Part shown: positions 17,489-26,530 of the stretch, piece by piece
How the letters are laid out: each line of letters begins with the position of its first letter
How positions within the stretch are numbered: the first letter of the stretch is position 1
From: Pseudomonadales bacterium
GTDB lineage: Bacteria > Patescibacteriota > Microgenomatia > UBA1400 > PJMF01
Direction: 5' to 3'
Length of the DNA stretch: 64,000 nucleotides
Assembly: GCA_020632235.1 (NCBI GenBank)
Contig: JACKFY010000002.1
Location: forward strand, 163,954-227,953
Notes under the pieces: model-generated
Database searches by the model: none
What the model saw: the letters and a program-made list of their open reading frames with translations, nothing else
What the model was told of the DNA's origin: nothing
Translations under genes and position numbers: made by a program

Positions 17489-17895
17489 ATACCAGCTGGT
17501 TTCTCACTACTCTGCAGTTGGTTGCCCTCTGCCTGTGTCTTTTTTTTGAGGCAAGTATTGGTGTTCCTATCTTGACCGTGTGGTTGTTACTTTCTCTTGT
17601 TGCCAGAGTGTCAACGCCTTTTCTGTTTGTGTTGTTGGTGATTGTCTCTTTATTGCTGGGAGCGGTGTACTTCGTTTCTCCTGCTATTTTTTTTGTGGTC
17701 TTGTTTGTTGTAATGTGTAGTTTTTTTGTGTTACAACAACACGTATTTTTTGCTCGGTCGTTGTTGGCAGGGGTGGGGGGGGCGGGGGTTGGATTTTTTG
17801 TAGCACATCCAGAAATGAGCGTTTCATGGATATACTTTGTAGTATTGCTGATTCTTTTAGTATTGTTTGAATTTTTAGTACATAGATATGAATAA
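17485..17895 (+). CDS. mreD: MreD-like small polytopic membrane protein.
   Basis: 136 aa, 4-5 TM helices, lies between mreC and mrdA. Confidence 0.45.
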   Translation: MNTSWFLTTLQLVALCLCLFFEASIGVPILTVWLLLSLVARVSTPFLFVLLVIVSLLLGAVYFVSPAIFFVVLFVVMCSFFVLQQHVFFARSLLAGVGGAGVGFFVAHPEMSVSWIYFVVLLILLVLFEFLVHRYE

Positions 17896-19756
17896 AGTGC
17901 GTACGTTTATACCAATTGGAGTGCTAGCGGCAGTGATGTGCGCTACGACGGTGCTACGACTCTTTGATGTCCAGATAATCAGAGGTGAGCAGTTTGCACA
18001 CTTAGCAGAGCAAAATAGAGTGTTTACGGCTCCTGTTCCAGCAGAGCGAGGTGTGTTTTTTGACAGGTATGGTGATTTTTTGGTGTACAATTCTCCTGAA
18101 TACTTTCTCCTAGATAACCCAACTCAAGCATATAGTCAGGTAACACCAGTCAGTCGTGATCAGGCGTTGGCGGTGATGGCTACCGATAGTGCTCGGGTTT
18201 CATATAAGCCGTCACGCGTTTACACCTTTCCGACGGTCCTCTCGCACGTCGTAGGATGGGCTTCCAGCGTGACGGCAGAAGAGTTACAGCAAAACCCCAG
18301 CCTCTCTGTCCGCAGCGTTGTTGGTAAAACTGGTCTTGAACGCTTTTTTGAACGTAATCTGCAGGGTCAAGAAGGCTCTCGTCAGTACGAGGTGAATGCA
18401 CTTGGCCAGCACGAGCGCCTGCTTGCTACTACTCTTGGTAGCCCAGGTCAGTCGCTCACTACCACAATTGACCCCTATCTTTCAACGATGCTCGCCCGCT
18501 CCTTAGGAGAACAAAAAGGAGCGGCAGTGGTGTTTGATGCGGCCACTGGCGCAGTGCTTGCATTGGTTAGTACGCCCGGGTTTGATGCAAATCTGTTTAG
18601 TCACACTCCATTGGATATGGCAGAGAAGCAGCAACGCGCCCAGGCTTTGCAGAGTGTCGTGCGTGACGAGCGAAACCCGATGTTTAACCGGGCGGTGGGT
18701 GGGGCGTATCCACCTGGTTCGGTATTCAAGCTAGTTACCGCTGCCACCGGACTTGAAAATGGATCGTTTAATACCCAAACCAGTGTAATAGATACTGGTG
18801 TCTTGGAGGTGGGGCAGTACAGCTTTGCCAACTGGTTTTATACCCAGTATGGCGGTACTGATGGCGAGGTCAGCGTAGTCAGGGCACTAGCGCGCAGCAA
18901 TGATATCTTTTTTTACAAAGCAGCAGAGTGGATCGGGCCAGACGGACTAGCCCAGGGAGCACGTCTGCTCGGCTTGGGTGCGCCTACAGGCATCGAGTTG
19001 CTGGGTGAGAGTGCAGGGCTTGTGCCAGACCCTCAGTGGAAAGAAGAGGTAGTTGGTGAAAAGTGGTTTTTGGGCAATACCTATCACTTTGGAATAGGGC
19101 AGGCAGACTTACTGGTGACTCCGCTGCAAGTGGCTCAGTACACGCAAGTATTTGCCAACCAAGGCTTGTTGTGCCACCCGCACCTCATACAGTACGAAGA
19201 CGCTCAGTCTACGTGTAGCGAGGTTGGTTTATCAAGCGAAACAATAGACACAGTACTTGAAGGCATGATAGATGCATGTAGTGATGGTGGTACTGCCTAT
19301 CCCTTTTTCCCCATCAATGCAGCGGTTGAGGCTAGCGGGAGTGCTCGTGAGCGCATTCGCTCTGGTGCGGTTGCCTGCAAAACAGGTACGGCAGAGTTTG
19401 GCGGCGTTGACGAGAATGGCTATCGCAGCACGCATGGTTGGTTTACTGCCATACTTGATACAAGACCTCTTCTTTCTCAGACCACAGCACCTGTCCAGGC
19501 ACTACGTCCTTCTGCAGTTACCGAGGTTTCTAGTTCTGCCGAGCTCTATACTGCATGGAGAGAAAAGATAGACAGGGCTGCACTGCCTGAAAAGCTAGTG
19601 ATGGTGGTGTTGGTTGAGAGTGACGAAGAGCAGCCATATAAAGAGGGCTCTCGCGATGCAGCCCCTGTAGTCAAAGATATTGTTGACTGGATGGGCGGCA
19701 CGATGCAAGTAGCAACAGACTCGGCAGAAGTAGCGCCCGCAGGACAGGCAGAATGA
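17888..19756 (+). CDS. mrdA: Penicillin-binding protein 2 (peptidoglycan D,D-transpeptidase).
   Basis: SVFK (SxxK), SND (SxN) and KTGT motifs; N-terminal TM anchor. Confidence 0.85.
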   Translation: MNKVRTFIPIGVLAAVMCATTVLRLFDVQIIRGEQFAHLAEQNRVFTAPVPAERGVFFDRYGDFLVYNSPEYFLLDNPTQAYSQVTPVSRDQALAVMATDSARVSYKPSRVYTFPTVLSHVVGWASSVTAEELQQNPSLSVRSVVGKTGLERFFERNLQGQEGSRQYEVNALGQHERLLATTLGSPGQSLTTTIDPYLSTMLARSLGEQKGAAVVFDAATGAVLALVSTPGFDANLFSHTPLDMAEKQQRAQALQSVVRDERNPMFNRAVGGAYPPGSVFKLVTAATGLENGSFNTQTSVIDTGVLEVGQYSFANWFYTQYGGTDGEVSVVRALARSNDIFFYKAAEWIGPDGLAQGARLLGLGAPTGIELLGESAGLVPDPQWKEEVVGEKWFLGNTYHFGIGQADLLVTPLQVAQYTQVFANQGLLCHPHLIQYEDAQSTCSEVGLSSETIDTVLEGMIDACSDGGTAYPFFPINAAVEASGSARERIRSGAVACKTGTAEFGGVDENGYRSTHGWFTAILDTRPLLSQTTAPVQALRPSAVTEVSSSAELYTAWREKIDRAALPEKLVMVVLVESDEEQPYKEGSRDAAPVVKDIVDWMGGTMQVATDSAEVAPAGQAE

Positions 19757-21237
19757 GTAAGCGGGTGGTGATTCTTGGTGGTGGGTTTGGCGCTCTTGCC
19801 GCCGCACCGTTGCTAGCTCGGGATGGATACCACGTGACTGTTGTAGAAAAAAACGAGCAACTGGGTGGTAGAGCGTCGGTCTTGAAAAAAGATGGTTTTG
19901 TCTTTGATATGGGGCCTTCGTGGTACTTGATGCCTGAAGTGTTTGATCGGTACTTTGCGCAGTTTGGAAAGAAGCCAAGCGACTATTACGATCTTGTGCC
20001 GCTTGAGCCCCAGTACAGAGCATACTTTGATGACGGCACACTCGTTGATATTCCCCGAGACATAGACGAAACAGCCGCTGTCTTTGACAGGCTTGAGCCA
20101 GGCTCAGGCAAGATGCTACAAAAGTACCTCACCACTGCCCAAGAGTACTACCGGCTCGCAATGGACCACTTTTTGTACACGCCTATGCAGTCCTACCGAG
20201 ACTTGTGTGTGCTCCCGCTTCGTGCGTATCCATCGCTATTGCAGTCGTTGCGCAGCATGCACTCTGCCATCACTAGCACGTTTCGTAGTACACAGATCTA
20301 CCAACTCCTCACCTATCCTATGATTTTTTTAGGGTGTTCGCCAACGAATGCGCCGTCATTATTTCGACTTATGAACTACGTTGATTTTAAACAGAACGTT
20401 TACTATCCAATGGGTGGTATGAGTGCGGTGGTTTCAGCGCTTGTTGCTTTGGGCAAGGAATACGGAGTAGAGTACCGTGTGAACACACCTGTAGAGACCA
20501 TCGTAGTGCGTGATGGGAAAGTGTCAAAAGTAGTAGCCAGAGATCAAGAGTATCGTGCTGATCTCTATGTTTCGAACGCTTCGTATCCTCACACAGAGTC
20601 ACTGTTTAGCGACCAGAGTGCCCGCCGCTACCCTACTAAGTACTGGCAAAAAAAAGTGATCACTCCGTCTGCTTTTTTACTCTATTTAGGCTTAGACACC
20701 GCTATGCCAGACTATTTACATCACACGTTTGTTTTCTCGGATGCATTTGAGCAGCATTTTGAGCATATTTTTGGTGATCCAGCATGGCCTCAAAACCCCT
20801 CCATCTACGTGAACGCCCCGAGTAAAACCGATAGTACGTTGGCTCCCGCTGGCTCAGAAGTCATGACGGTACTCGTGCCTATTGCTCCTGGACTCACGGC
20901 ATCTTTGGCAGAAAAAAAGCGGTATGCAGAGCATATTGTGCAGCTGCTTGAACAAAAAGTAGGAGCCCCCATTCGCCCGCACATCGTGACGCAGCAGCTG
21001 TTTTCAGTCGAAGATTTTTCTCAAAGGTATAATGCGTACGAAGGAAATGCATTTGGCGATTTGTCAAATACACTACTACAAAGTATGCTGTTTCGTCCGC
21101 CTTTCTCGCACGCAAAGCTGGACAATTTATTTTTTGTAGGTACCAATACCCAACCTGGGGTTGGCGTGCCGCCAGCATTGATCTCTGCGCAATTACTTCA
21201 GGCAGAGCTACATAAAATGTACAGAACGAACACATGA
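19753..21237 (+). CDS. crtI: Phytoene desaturase (CrtI family FAD oxidoreductase).
   Basis: VVILGGGFGALA...E.N...GGRA dinucleotide fold; C-terminal ..NAYEGNAFG.....FRP.....NL.FVGT.TQPG.GVP CrtI signature. Confidence 0.8.
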   Translation: MSKRVVILGGGFGALAAAPLLARDGYHVTVVEKNEQLGGRASVLKKDGFVFDMGPSWYLMPEVFDRYFAQFGKKPSDYYDLVPLEPQYRAYFDDGTLVDIPRDIDETAAVFDRLEPGSGKMLQKYLTTAQEYYRLAMDHFLYTPMQSYRDLCVLPLRAYPSLLQSLRSMHSAITSTFRSTQIYQLLTYPMIFLGCSPTNAPSLFRLMNYVDFKQNVYYPMGGMSAVVSALVALGKEYGVEYRVNTPVETIVVRDGKVSKVVARDQEYRADLYVSNASYPHTESLFSDQSARRYPTKYWQKKVITPSAFLLYLGLDTAMPDYLHHTFVFSDAFEQHFEHIFGDPAWPQNPSIYVNAPSKTDSTLAPAGSEVMTVLVPIAPGLTASLAEKKRYAEHIVQLLEQKVGAPIRPHIVTQQLFSVEDFSQRYNAYEGNAFGDLSNTLLQSMLFRPPFSHAKLDNLFFVGTNTQPGVGVPPALISAQLLQAELHKMYRTNT

Positions 21238-21920
21238 CATATACCTACGCACTTTTGCTACTCAGTATTGTTTTTTTTCCGCTTTTGCTTGCGCACACTC
21301 GTCAATTTTCGTTTGCTGGCGAGTGGCGTCGTTTTGCTTGGGTGTGTATCGTTCTGTTGTTATTTTTTATTCCATGGGATGTCGCAGCGCACAGTATCGG
21401 CCACTGGTGGTTTAATCCAGAGTACACTCTGCCGTACACAGCCATAGGCTTACCTCTGGAAGAGTGGGGTTTTTTTACTGCAGTTTCGTTTAGCATGCTG
21501 TTTTTGTATGTGCAGTTGCGTCGTTTGTCTGGCGCGGGGGCAGCGTATCCACCAGTCTCAAGTAGGCAGTACTGTTTGTACTACACGGCAGTATTGGCGC
21601 TTGCTGTCATCCTTCCTGCTTTGGCTTTGCTGCATGTGTCCTACACCGCTCTCGTTGTCTTGGCTGCTGTGTGTACACTGTGTTTGTGGCGGGTGTTTGG
21701 CACTGCCGATAGAGCGCTGTCTGCGCATCTGATGCTTGGGTTTGTGTTCTTTTTTATCTATAACTACGCCTTAACCTCTCTTCCTGTGGTGTTGTACGGC
21801 AGCCCATGGATTCTTGGAGTGAGAATGCTCACCATTCCTGTCGAAGATAGTTTGTACAATGGGGTGCTGCTCATACTGATAGTCTTGACGTATCAAATGG
21901 AGTGCAGAAAGAAGGTGTGA
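21234..21920 (+). CDS. Lycopene cyclase domain (CrtYcd-type) membrane protein.
   Basis: Seven TM helices with a GLPLEEWGFF (PxEE) motif typical of heterodimeric-type lycopene cyclases; sits between crtI and crtB. Confidence 0.55.
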   Translation: MTYTYALLLLSIVFFPLLLAHTRQFSFAGEWRRFAWVCIVLLLFFIPWDVAAHSIGHWWFNPEYTLPYTAIGLPLEEWGFFTAVSFSMLFLYVQLRRLSGAGAAYPPVSSRQYCLYYTAVLALAVILPALALLHVSYTALVVLAAVCTLCLWRVFGTADRALSAHLMLGFVFFFIYNYALTSLPVVLYGSPWILGVRMLTIPVEDSLYNGVLLILIVLTYQMECRKKV

Positions 21921-22762
21921 GTACCACAAAACAAAGTGTATTTAGAAAGGGTAGCACAACCTATTTTTATAGTAGTTTGCTATTTGAAAAGGACGATTGG
22001 CAGAAGGTCGCAACACTGTATGAGTTTGTACGCAGAGTAGATGACTGTGTCGATGTTGTAGGTGGGCAAGTTGACACCGATCGCTTACCACAGTTGTATG
22101 AAGAGTGGCGCGGGGTGGTGGGCGGGGGCGAAAGCCGTTATCGATGGGTGAATGATTTTCACACACTCTCAGAGCAGGTTGGTTTTGAGCACTCATGGAT
22201 AGAGGCGTTTTTTCACTCAATGTTTTTGGATCTACACAATACACCGTGTCACACACTCAAAGACACACAGCGCTATATGTACGGCTCCGCCGAGGTTATA
22301 GGGCTCATGATGAACAGGATTGTAGGCATTCATGGGCGTACTGCAGATATGTGCGCCCAGTTGCAGGGTAGGGCAATGCAGTACATCAATTTTTTGCGTG
22401 ATATTGACGAAGATTGCGGGCTTGGGCGGCAGTACATTCCCATCGAAATCTTGAAAAAACATGGCCTTTCTTCTCTGAAAAAAGATGTTGCTTTGCGCCA
22501 GAGTGAGGCGTTTTACTCTCTCATGCGGGCCGAGATCAATCGTTATCAAGAGTGGCAAGTACAGGCAGAGCGTGGGTATCGGTACTTGCCGTTTCGGGCT
22601 CGGCTGGCTGTGAGTACTGCAGCAAGGCTGTATAATTGGACGGCGCGCGTCATACAGCATGATCCGTCTATTGTGTATCGTCTCAAAGTAAAACCAAGAA
22701 AACGACGAGTCGTGATGACGATGCTGCAGGCTTTATACGCATCGAAAAGGGTGAATGTATGA
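21902..22762 (+). CDS. crtB: Phytoene/squalene synthase family (CrtB).
   Basis: YEFVRRVDDCVD and FLRDIDED aspartate-rich motifs. Confidence 0.8.
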   Translation: MQKEGVSTTKQSVFRKGSTTYFYSSLLFEKDDWQKVATLYEFVRRVDDCVDVVGGQVDTDRLPQLYEEWRGVVGGGESRYRWVNDFHTLSEQVGFEHSWIEAFFHSMFLDLHNTPCHTLKDTQRYMYGSAEVIGLMMNRIVGIHGRTADMCAQLQGRAMQYINFLRDIDEDCGLGRQYIPIEILKKHGLSSLKKDVALRQSEAFYSLMRAEINRYQEWQVQAERGYRYLPFRARLAVSTAARLYNWTARVIQHDPSIVYRLKVKPRKRRVVMTMLQALYASKRVNV

Positions 22763-23820
22763 AACACATTATTCGTCACAAAGAGCAAATACAAGAGGTG
22801 TTACTGAGCCTGCTTGAGCAAGCGCAGGAGGAATACTCCTACCTTGAGTGGGGAGATCACGTCTTTGAGTTACTGCGCAACTTTGTAGTGGGGGGCAAGA
22901 TGTATCGCGGCTCTCTGCTGGTTTTTACCTATGAAATGCTGCATAACTCGCAGGTTAGTCAAGATCACCCTATCTATACGTTGGCAGCTGCCCTCGAGCT
23001 GTACGCCTCAACCCTCCTCGTCCAAGACGACATTATGGACGGCGATAGTTTGCGCAGAGGGAAGGCGACTCTTCACGTACAAATTGAGGATGACTACGCC
23101 GGCAGCACGTCTTCCCAGAAGGCCCGTTTTGGTACAGGAATGGCAATGATGTGTGCCACAATTGGCCAATTTTTGGTCCAAAAAATAATTACCGAGCTTG
23201 ATTTCTCGCAAGAAACAAAAGTACAGCTGTTCCATGCTATGAGCACGCTTTCAATCCCTACGGGCCTAGCCCAGATGAAAGATGTAGCCACCTCGATGAA
23301 CAAAGATGCGCTGACCAAGTCAGAAATACTTGGTGTCTATACGTACAAAACAGCGTACTACACCATGTGTTTGCCGTTTGCATTGGCGACTACTGCAGCA
23401 CAGAAAGACACACACCCAGCACATAACATCCTGCAAGACTTGGGTAGTTCACTTGGAGTTTTGTATCAAATTTCCGATGATGCCATTAGTTTATTTAGCA
23501 CATCTGCCCAAGCAGGTAAGACCCGCGGCAACGATGTCGTTGAGGGCAAACAGACGTTGTATTACTGGTATACTGCAGACTTACTTTCAGGCAAAGCGAA
23601 AGAGCGGTTTCTTTCTTTGTATGGTCACGCGCAATCAGAGAGTGAAGTGGCAGAAACAATAGCGCTGATAGAACAGAGTGGAGCTCGCTCTAGAGTGGAG
23701 GCAGACACACAGCGCTCTGTTGATATGTGTGCTCACCAGCTCGCGCAGCTACCAGTTGCAGAGAGATGGAAGGAAGAGCTGCGTAGTTTTATGCAGGTCA
23801 TAGTGCACAGAAAGAGATAG
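22759..23820 (+). CDS. Polyprenyl synthetase (GGPP synthase-like trans-prenyltransferase).
   Basis: LVQDDIMDGD (FARM) and YQISDDAISLF (SARM) motifs. Confidence 0.8.
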   Translation: MKHIIRHKEQIQEVLLSLLEQAQEEYSYLEWGDHVFELLRNFVVGGKMYRGSLLVFTYEMLHNSQVSQDHPIYTLAAALELYASTLLVQDDIMDGDSLRRGKATLHVQIEDDYAGSTSSQKARFGTGMAMMCATIGQFLVQKIITELDFSQETKVQLFHAMSTLSIPTGLAQMKDVATSMNKDALTKSEILGVYTYKTAYYTMCLPFALATTAAQKDTHPAHNILQDLGSSLGVLYQISDDAISLFSTSAQAGKTRGNDVVEGKQTLYYWYTADLLSGKAKERFLSLYGHAQSESEVAETIALIEQSGARSRVEADTQRSVDMCAHQLAQLPVAERWKEELRSFMQVIVHRKR

Positions 23821-23821
23821 C

Positions 23822-24625
23822 ATGAGTGATACATCTTTAATCGCCATCAAGCTTGGCGGATCAGTCTTTAGTGATAAAAAACGAGCCTTTAGTTTAAACA
23901 CCGAGGTGCTCGAGTTACTGACCGAGCAAATTGCCGAGGCATGTGTAAAGGGTGTCCGACTAATAATAGGTCATGGTGCTGGCTCATTTGGGCACACGGT
24001 GGCTCACGAATACCAAACTCACAAAGGCATGATCAATGCGCAGAGCAAAAAAGGCTTTGTAGAGGTGTCCTACACTATGGTCAAGCTCAACATGCTGATC
24101 TTGGAGTACCTACGCAACAAAGGCCTCCCTGTCATCTCGCTCAACCCGCAATCAATCATGACCACCAACAACTTCCAGCTAGAGTATCTCAGCACCACCA
24201 CGCTGGAACACAGCATTGGCCACGGCATGATACCCGTGGTGTATGGGGCGCAGTTATTTGACACAGCAAAAGGGTGTAGTATTTTTTCAACAGAAAATGT
24301 ACTCGCAGCGCTGGGGTTAGCACTCAAGAAAAAAGCAATATGCATCTCAAAGATCATTTTTGTGGGTCAAACTGACGGTGTGTATGATAGCAATGGCGCC
24401 ACTATTCCAGAAATTACGAAAGATACTATCGCTCAATTTCGCTCTGCTCTAAAAGGGTCTGATGGAGTCGATGTCACTGGCGGCATGCTACACAAGGTGG
24501 AGAAAGCACTTTCGCTTGCAGACCAGGGTATTGCGAGTCAAATCATAAACGGCACTAGAAGAGGAGAGCTCCTTCGCGCTCTTCTTGAAAAAGAGGTGTG
24601 CGGCACGCATATAGGAGCAGCATGA
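23822..24625 (+). CDS. Isopentenyl phosphate kinase (amino-acid-kinase fold).
   Basis: IKLGGSVFSDK, HGAGSFGH and VDVTGGM motifs matching archaeal-type IPK. Confidence 0.65.
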   Translation: MSDTSLIAIKLGGSVFSDKKRAFSLNTEVLELLTEQIAEACVKGVRLIIGHGAGSFGHTVAHEYQTHKGMINAQSKKGFVEVSYTMVKLNMLILEYLRNKGLPVISLNPQSIMTTNNFQLEYLSTTTLEHSIGHGMIPVVYGAQLFDTAKGCSIFSTENVLAALGLALKKKAICISKIIFVGQTDGVYDSNGATIPEITKDTIAQFRSALKGSDGVDVTGGMLHKVEKALSLADQGIASQIINGTRRGELLRALLEKEVCGTHIGAA

Positions 24626-25302
24626 ATGATGCACTCCAGCATGTAGCGATCATTATGGATGGCAATAGGCGTTGGGCGCGCTCGCGGGGTTTGCCAGGGC
24701 TTAAGGGCCATGAGTACGTGGTAGAAGAGCGTCTGGAAGAACTGTGTGATGCGTGTATTGAACAAGGCATTGCCTACGTGACGATGTGGGCGTTTAGCAC
24801 TGAAAACTGGTCACGGGATGACGCTGAGATAGAAGGGTTGATGGCGTTATTTAGGCGTGTGTGTGAGGAAGAGTTTGAAGCACTGCACAACAAAGGCGTG
24901 CAGATTCGCACTATCGGTAATCTAGATGCCTTTCCACCAGACATCACCCAGAGTGTTACAGCTTGGGTAGAAAAAACAAAAAAGAATAGTGCAATCACCG
25001 TTATTTTTGCACTCAATTATGGCGGGCGAGACGAGCTGGTTCGCGCATTTGAGAAGAGTAACGCCCAAGATCTAAGCCCCTCGGAAGCAAGCATCGCGCA
25101 GTCACTCGATACCGCTGGTATTCCTGACCCTGAACTCATCATTCGGCCTGGTGGTCAGCAACGCTTGTCTGGGTTTTTGCCGTGGCAGAGTGTCTATAGT
25201 GAGCTGTACTTCACCGATGTCTTGATGCCAGATTTTGATAGATACGAACTGAAAAAAGCGCTTGCAGAGTACAGTAGGAGGAAGCGGACGTTTGGGGGGT
25301 AA
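24598..25302 (+). CDS. uppS: Undecaprenyl/di-trans,poly-cis-prenyl diphosphate synthase.
   Basis: MDGNRRWA motif and the UppS fold. Confidence 0.85.
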   Translation: MRHAYRSSMNDALQHVAIIMDGNRRWARSRGLPGLKGHEYVVEERLEELCDACIEQGIAYVTMWAFSTENWSRDDAEIEGLMALFRRVCEEEFEALHNKGVQIRTIGNLDAFPPDITQSVTAWVEKTKKNSAITVIFALNYGGRDELVRAFEKSNAQDLSPSEASIAQSLDTAGIPDPELIIRPGGQQRLSGFLPWQSVYSELYFTDVLMPDFDRYELKKALAEYSRRKRTFGG

Positions 25303-25305
25303 TGT

Positions 25306-25587
25306 TTACAACTGCAGTGTAATTTTTCTTTGGTTGTACTGGCGAATGAGGCTGGTGATGAGCGTTTGATAGGGGATGCCAGACTCAATTGACCTTGCCT
25401 TTAGTTTTTCTATGTCACTACTGGCTATGCGTAGGCTGATAGTACGGTCTTTTTTTGTATGACGTCGTGCTATGTTTTGGTAGCGTTGTATTTTTGCAGC
25501 ACCATCTTGTATAGGGTGGTATTTTCCATCTGTGTAGTCTTGAACGAGCTGTTTTTCCTGGGTAGTGAGTGGTGTGGTTTGTTTCAT
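25306..25587 (-). CDS. brnA: BrnA-like antitoxin (RHH/CopG-like). Internal ATG start chosen; the long ORF goes to 25722.
   Basis: C-terminal ..RTISLRIASSDIEKLKARSIESGIPYQTLITSLIRQY matches the BrnA family; immediately downstream of the BrnT gene. Confidence 0.5.
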   Translation of the reverse strand: MKQTTPLTTQEKQLVQDYTDGKYHPIQDGAAKIQRYQNIARRHTKKDRTISLRIASSDIEKLKARSIESGIPYQTLITSLIRQYNQRKITLQL

Positions 25588-25594
25588 GTGTTTT

Positions 25595-25876
25595 TCAAGT
25601 ATTTTTTTGTTGCTTTCTACTGGGGATGATAGTTTTGAGAAAAATTTGGGTGTTGTCCTCAACGAACGGCACGAGGTAGGCGTAGTCATGCATTTCCACG
25701 ATAAAAATATTTTGTTTTTCATATTTTTCTTGGTTGGAGTGTTCTTCTACAGCCAGCAACTTTCCTTCTGCTATTGCCGATACAATCTCTTCAAACGAGA
25801 TCTTTCTTTCTGCTTGGAGTTTTTGGTTTTTAGCCAAGTTCCAACTATAGTACTTCACTCGCATATTGTAGTCCAA
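25595..25876 (-). CDS. brnT: BrnT-family (DUF497) ribonuclease toxin.
   Basis: ..W...KN..KH.ISFEE...... pattern; about 93 aa. Confidence 0.6.
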   Translation of the reverse strand: MDYNMRVKYYSWNLAKNQKLQAERKISFEEIVSAIAEGKLLAVEEHSNQEKYEKQNIFIVEMHDYAYLVPFVEDNTQIFLKTIIPSRKQQKNT

Positions 25877-25966
25877 GAGATGTCAAATGTCAATTCTTTG
25901 TATATACAGTAGCAGGCTGAGCTGAAAGTGTGTCTTCACAGTAGTGCTATCAGAAGTTTGACGGAG

Positions 25967-26530
25967 TCAGTTTTTTTCATGAGCAAATAATTGATGAGAT
26001 GTTTTTAGTAGCTCTAGCAAATCGGCATCCGAGATAGAGAAGTAGTTTTTGATGACATCAAGTCGTGATTGGATAGCCCAATAGATCAGTTTCTCCAGTC
26101 GTGTTGTGGGCTGGTTTTCTTTAAGGTGAATGAATATATATCCATAGTCAAGTAGAAAGTATTTTTTATACTCAAATGAGTCGACAGCAGACCAAGCGTA
26201 TTCTTTTTCTAGTCGCTGAGGTTGTTTATAGATAATACCTTCTTTCTTGATGGTGAGCGATGTTCTTAGCGGCGATGAGCGTAGTGATTGTACAAATACT
26301 CTTGCAAGAGTAGCAAGCAGTATGGTGAGTGTGCCTGCGAAAGGCTCAAAAAATAGCAGGGTTACTCCAATTACTGCAAATAAACCAAAGCTACCATTTA
26401 CAACACGCATGGATCTAAAAGTAACTCTCTCTTTTTTAAATATAACGGGGAAGTCTGCCGGCGTCATTTGTCTACTCATACTTTTATCGCTGTTTATCCC
26501 AAAACTCACCGCGCCTGCAGAGTACTTCAT
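25967..26530 (-). CDS. Hypothetical membrane protein (PH-like/YdbS-like); true start probably internal.
   Basis: ORF with TM hairpin. Confidence 0.35.
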   Translation of the reverse strand: MKYSAGAVSFGINSDKSMSRQMTPADFPVIFKKERVTFRSMRVVNGSFGLFAVIGVTLLFFEPFAGTLTILLATLARVFVQSLRSSPLRTSLTIKKEGIIYKQPQRLEKEYAWSAVDSFEYKKYFLLDYGYIFIHLKENQPTTRLEKLIYWAIQSRLDVIKNYFSISDADLLELLKTSHQLFAHEKN

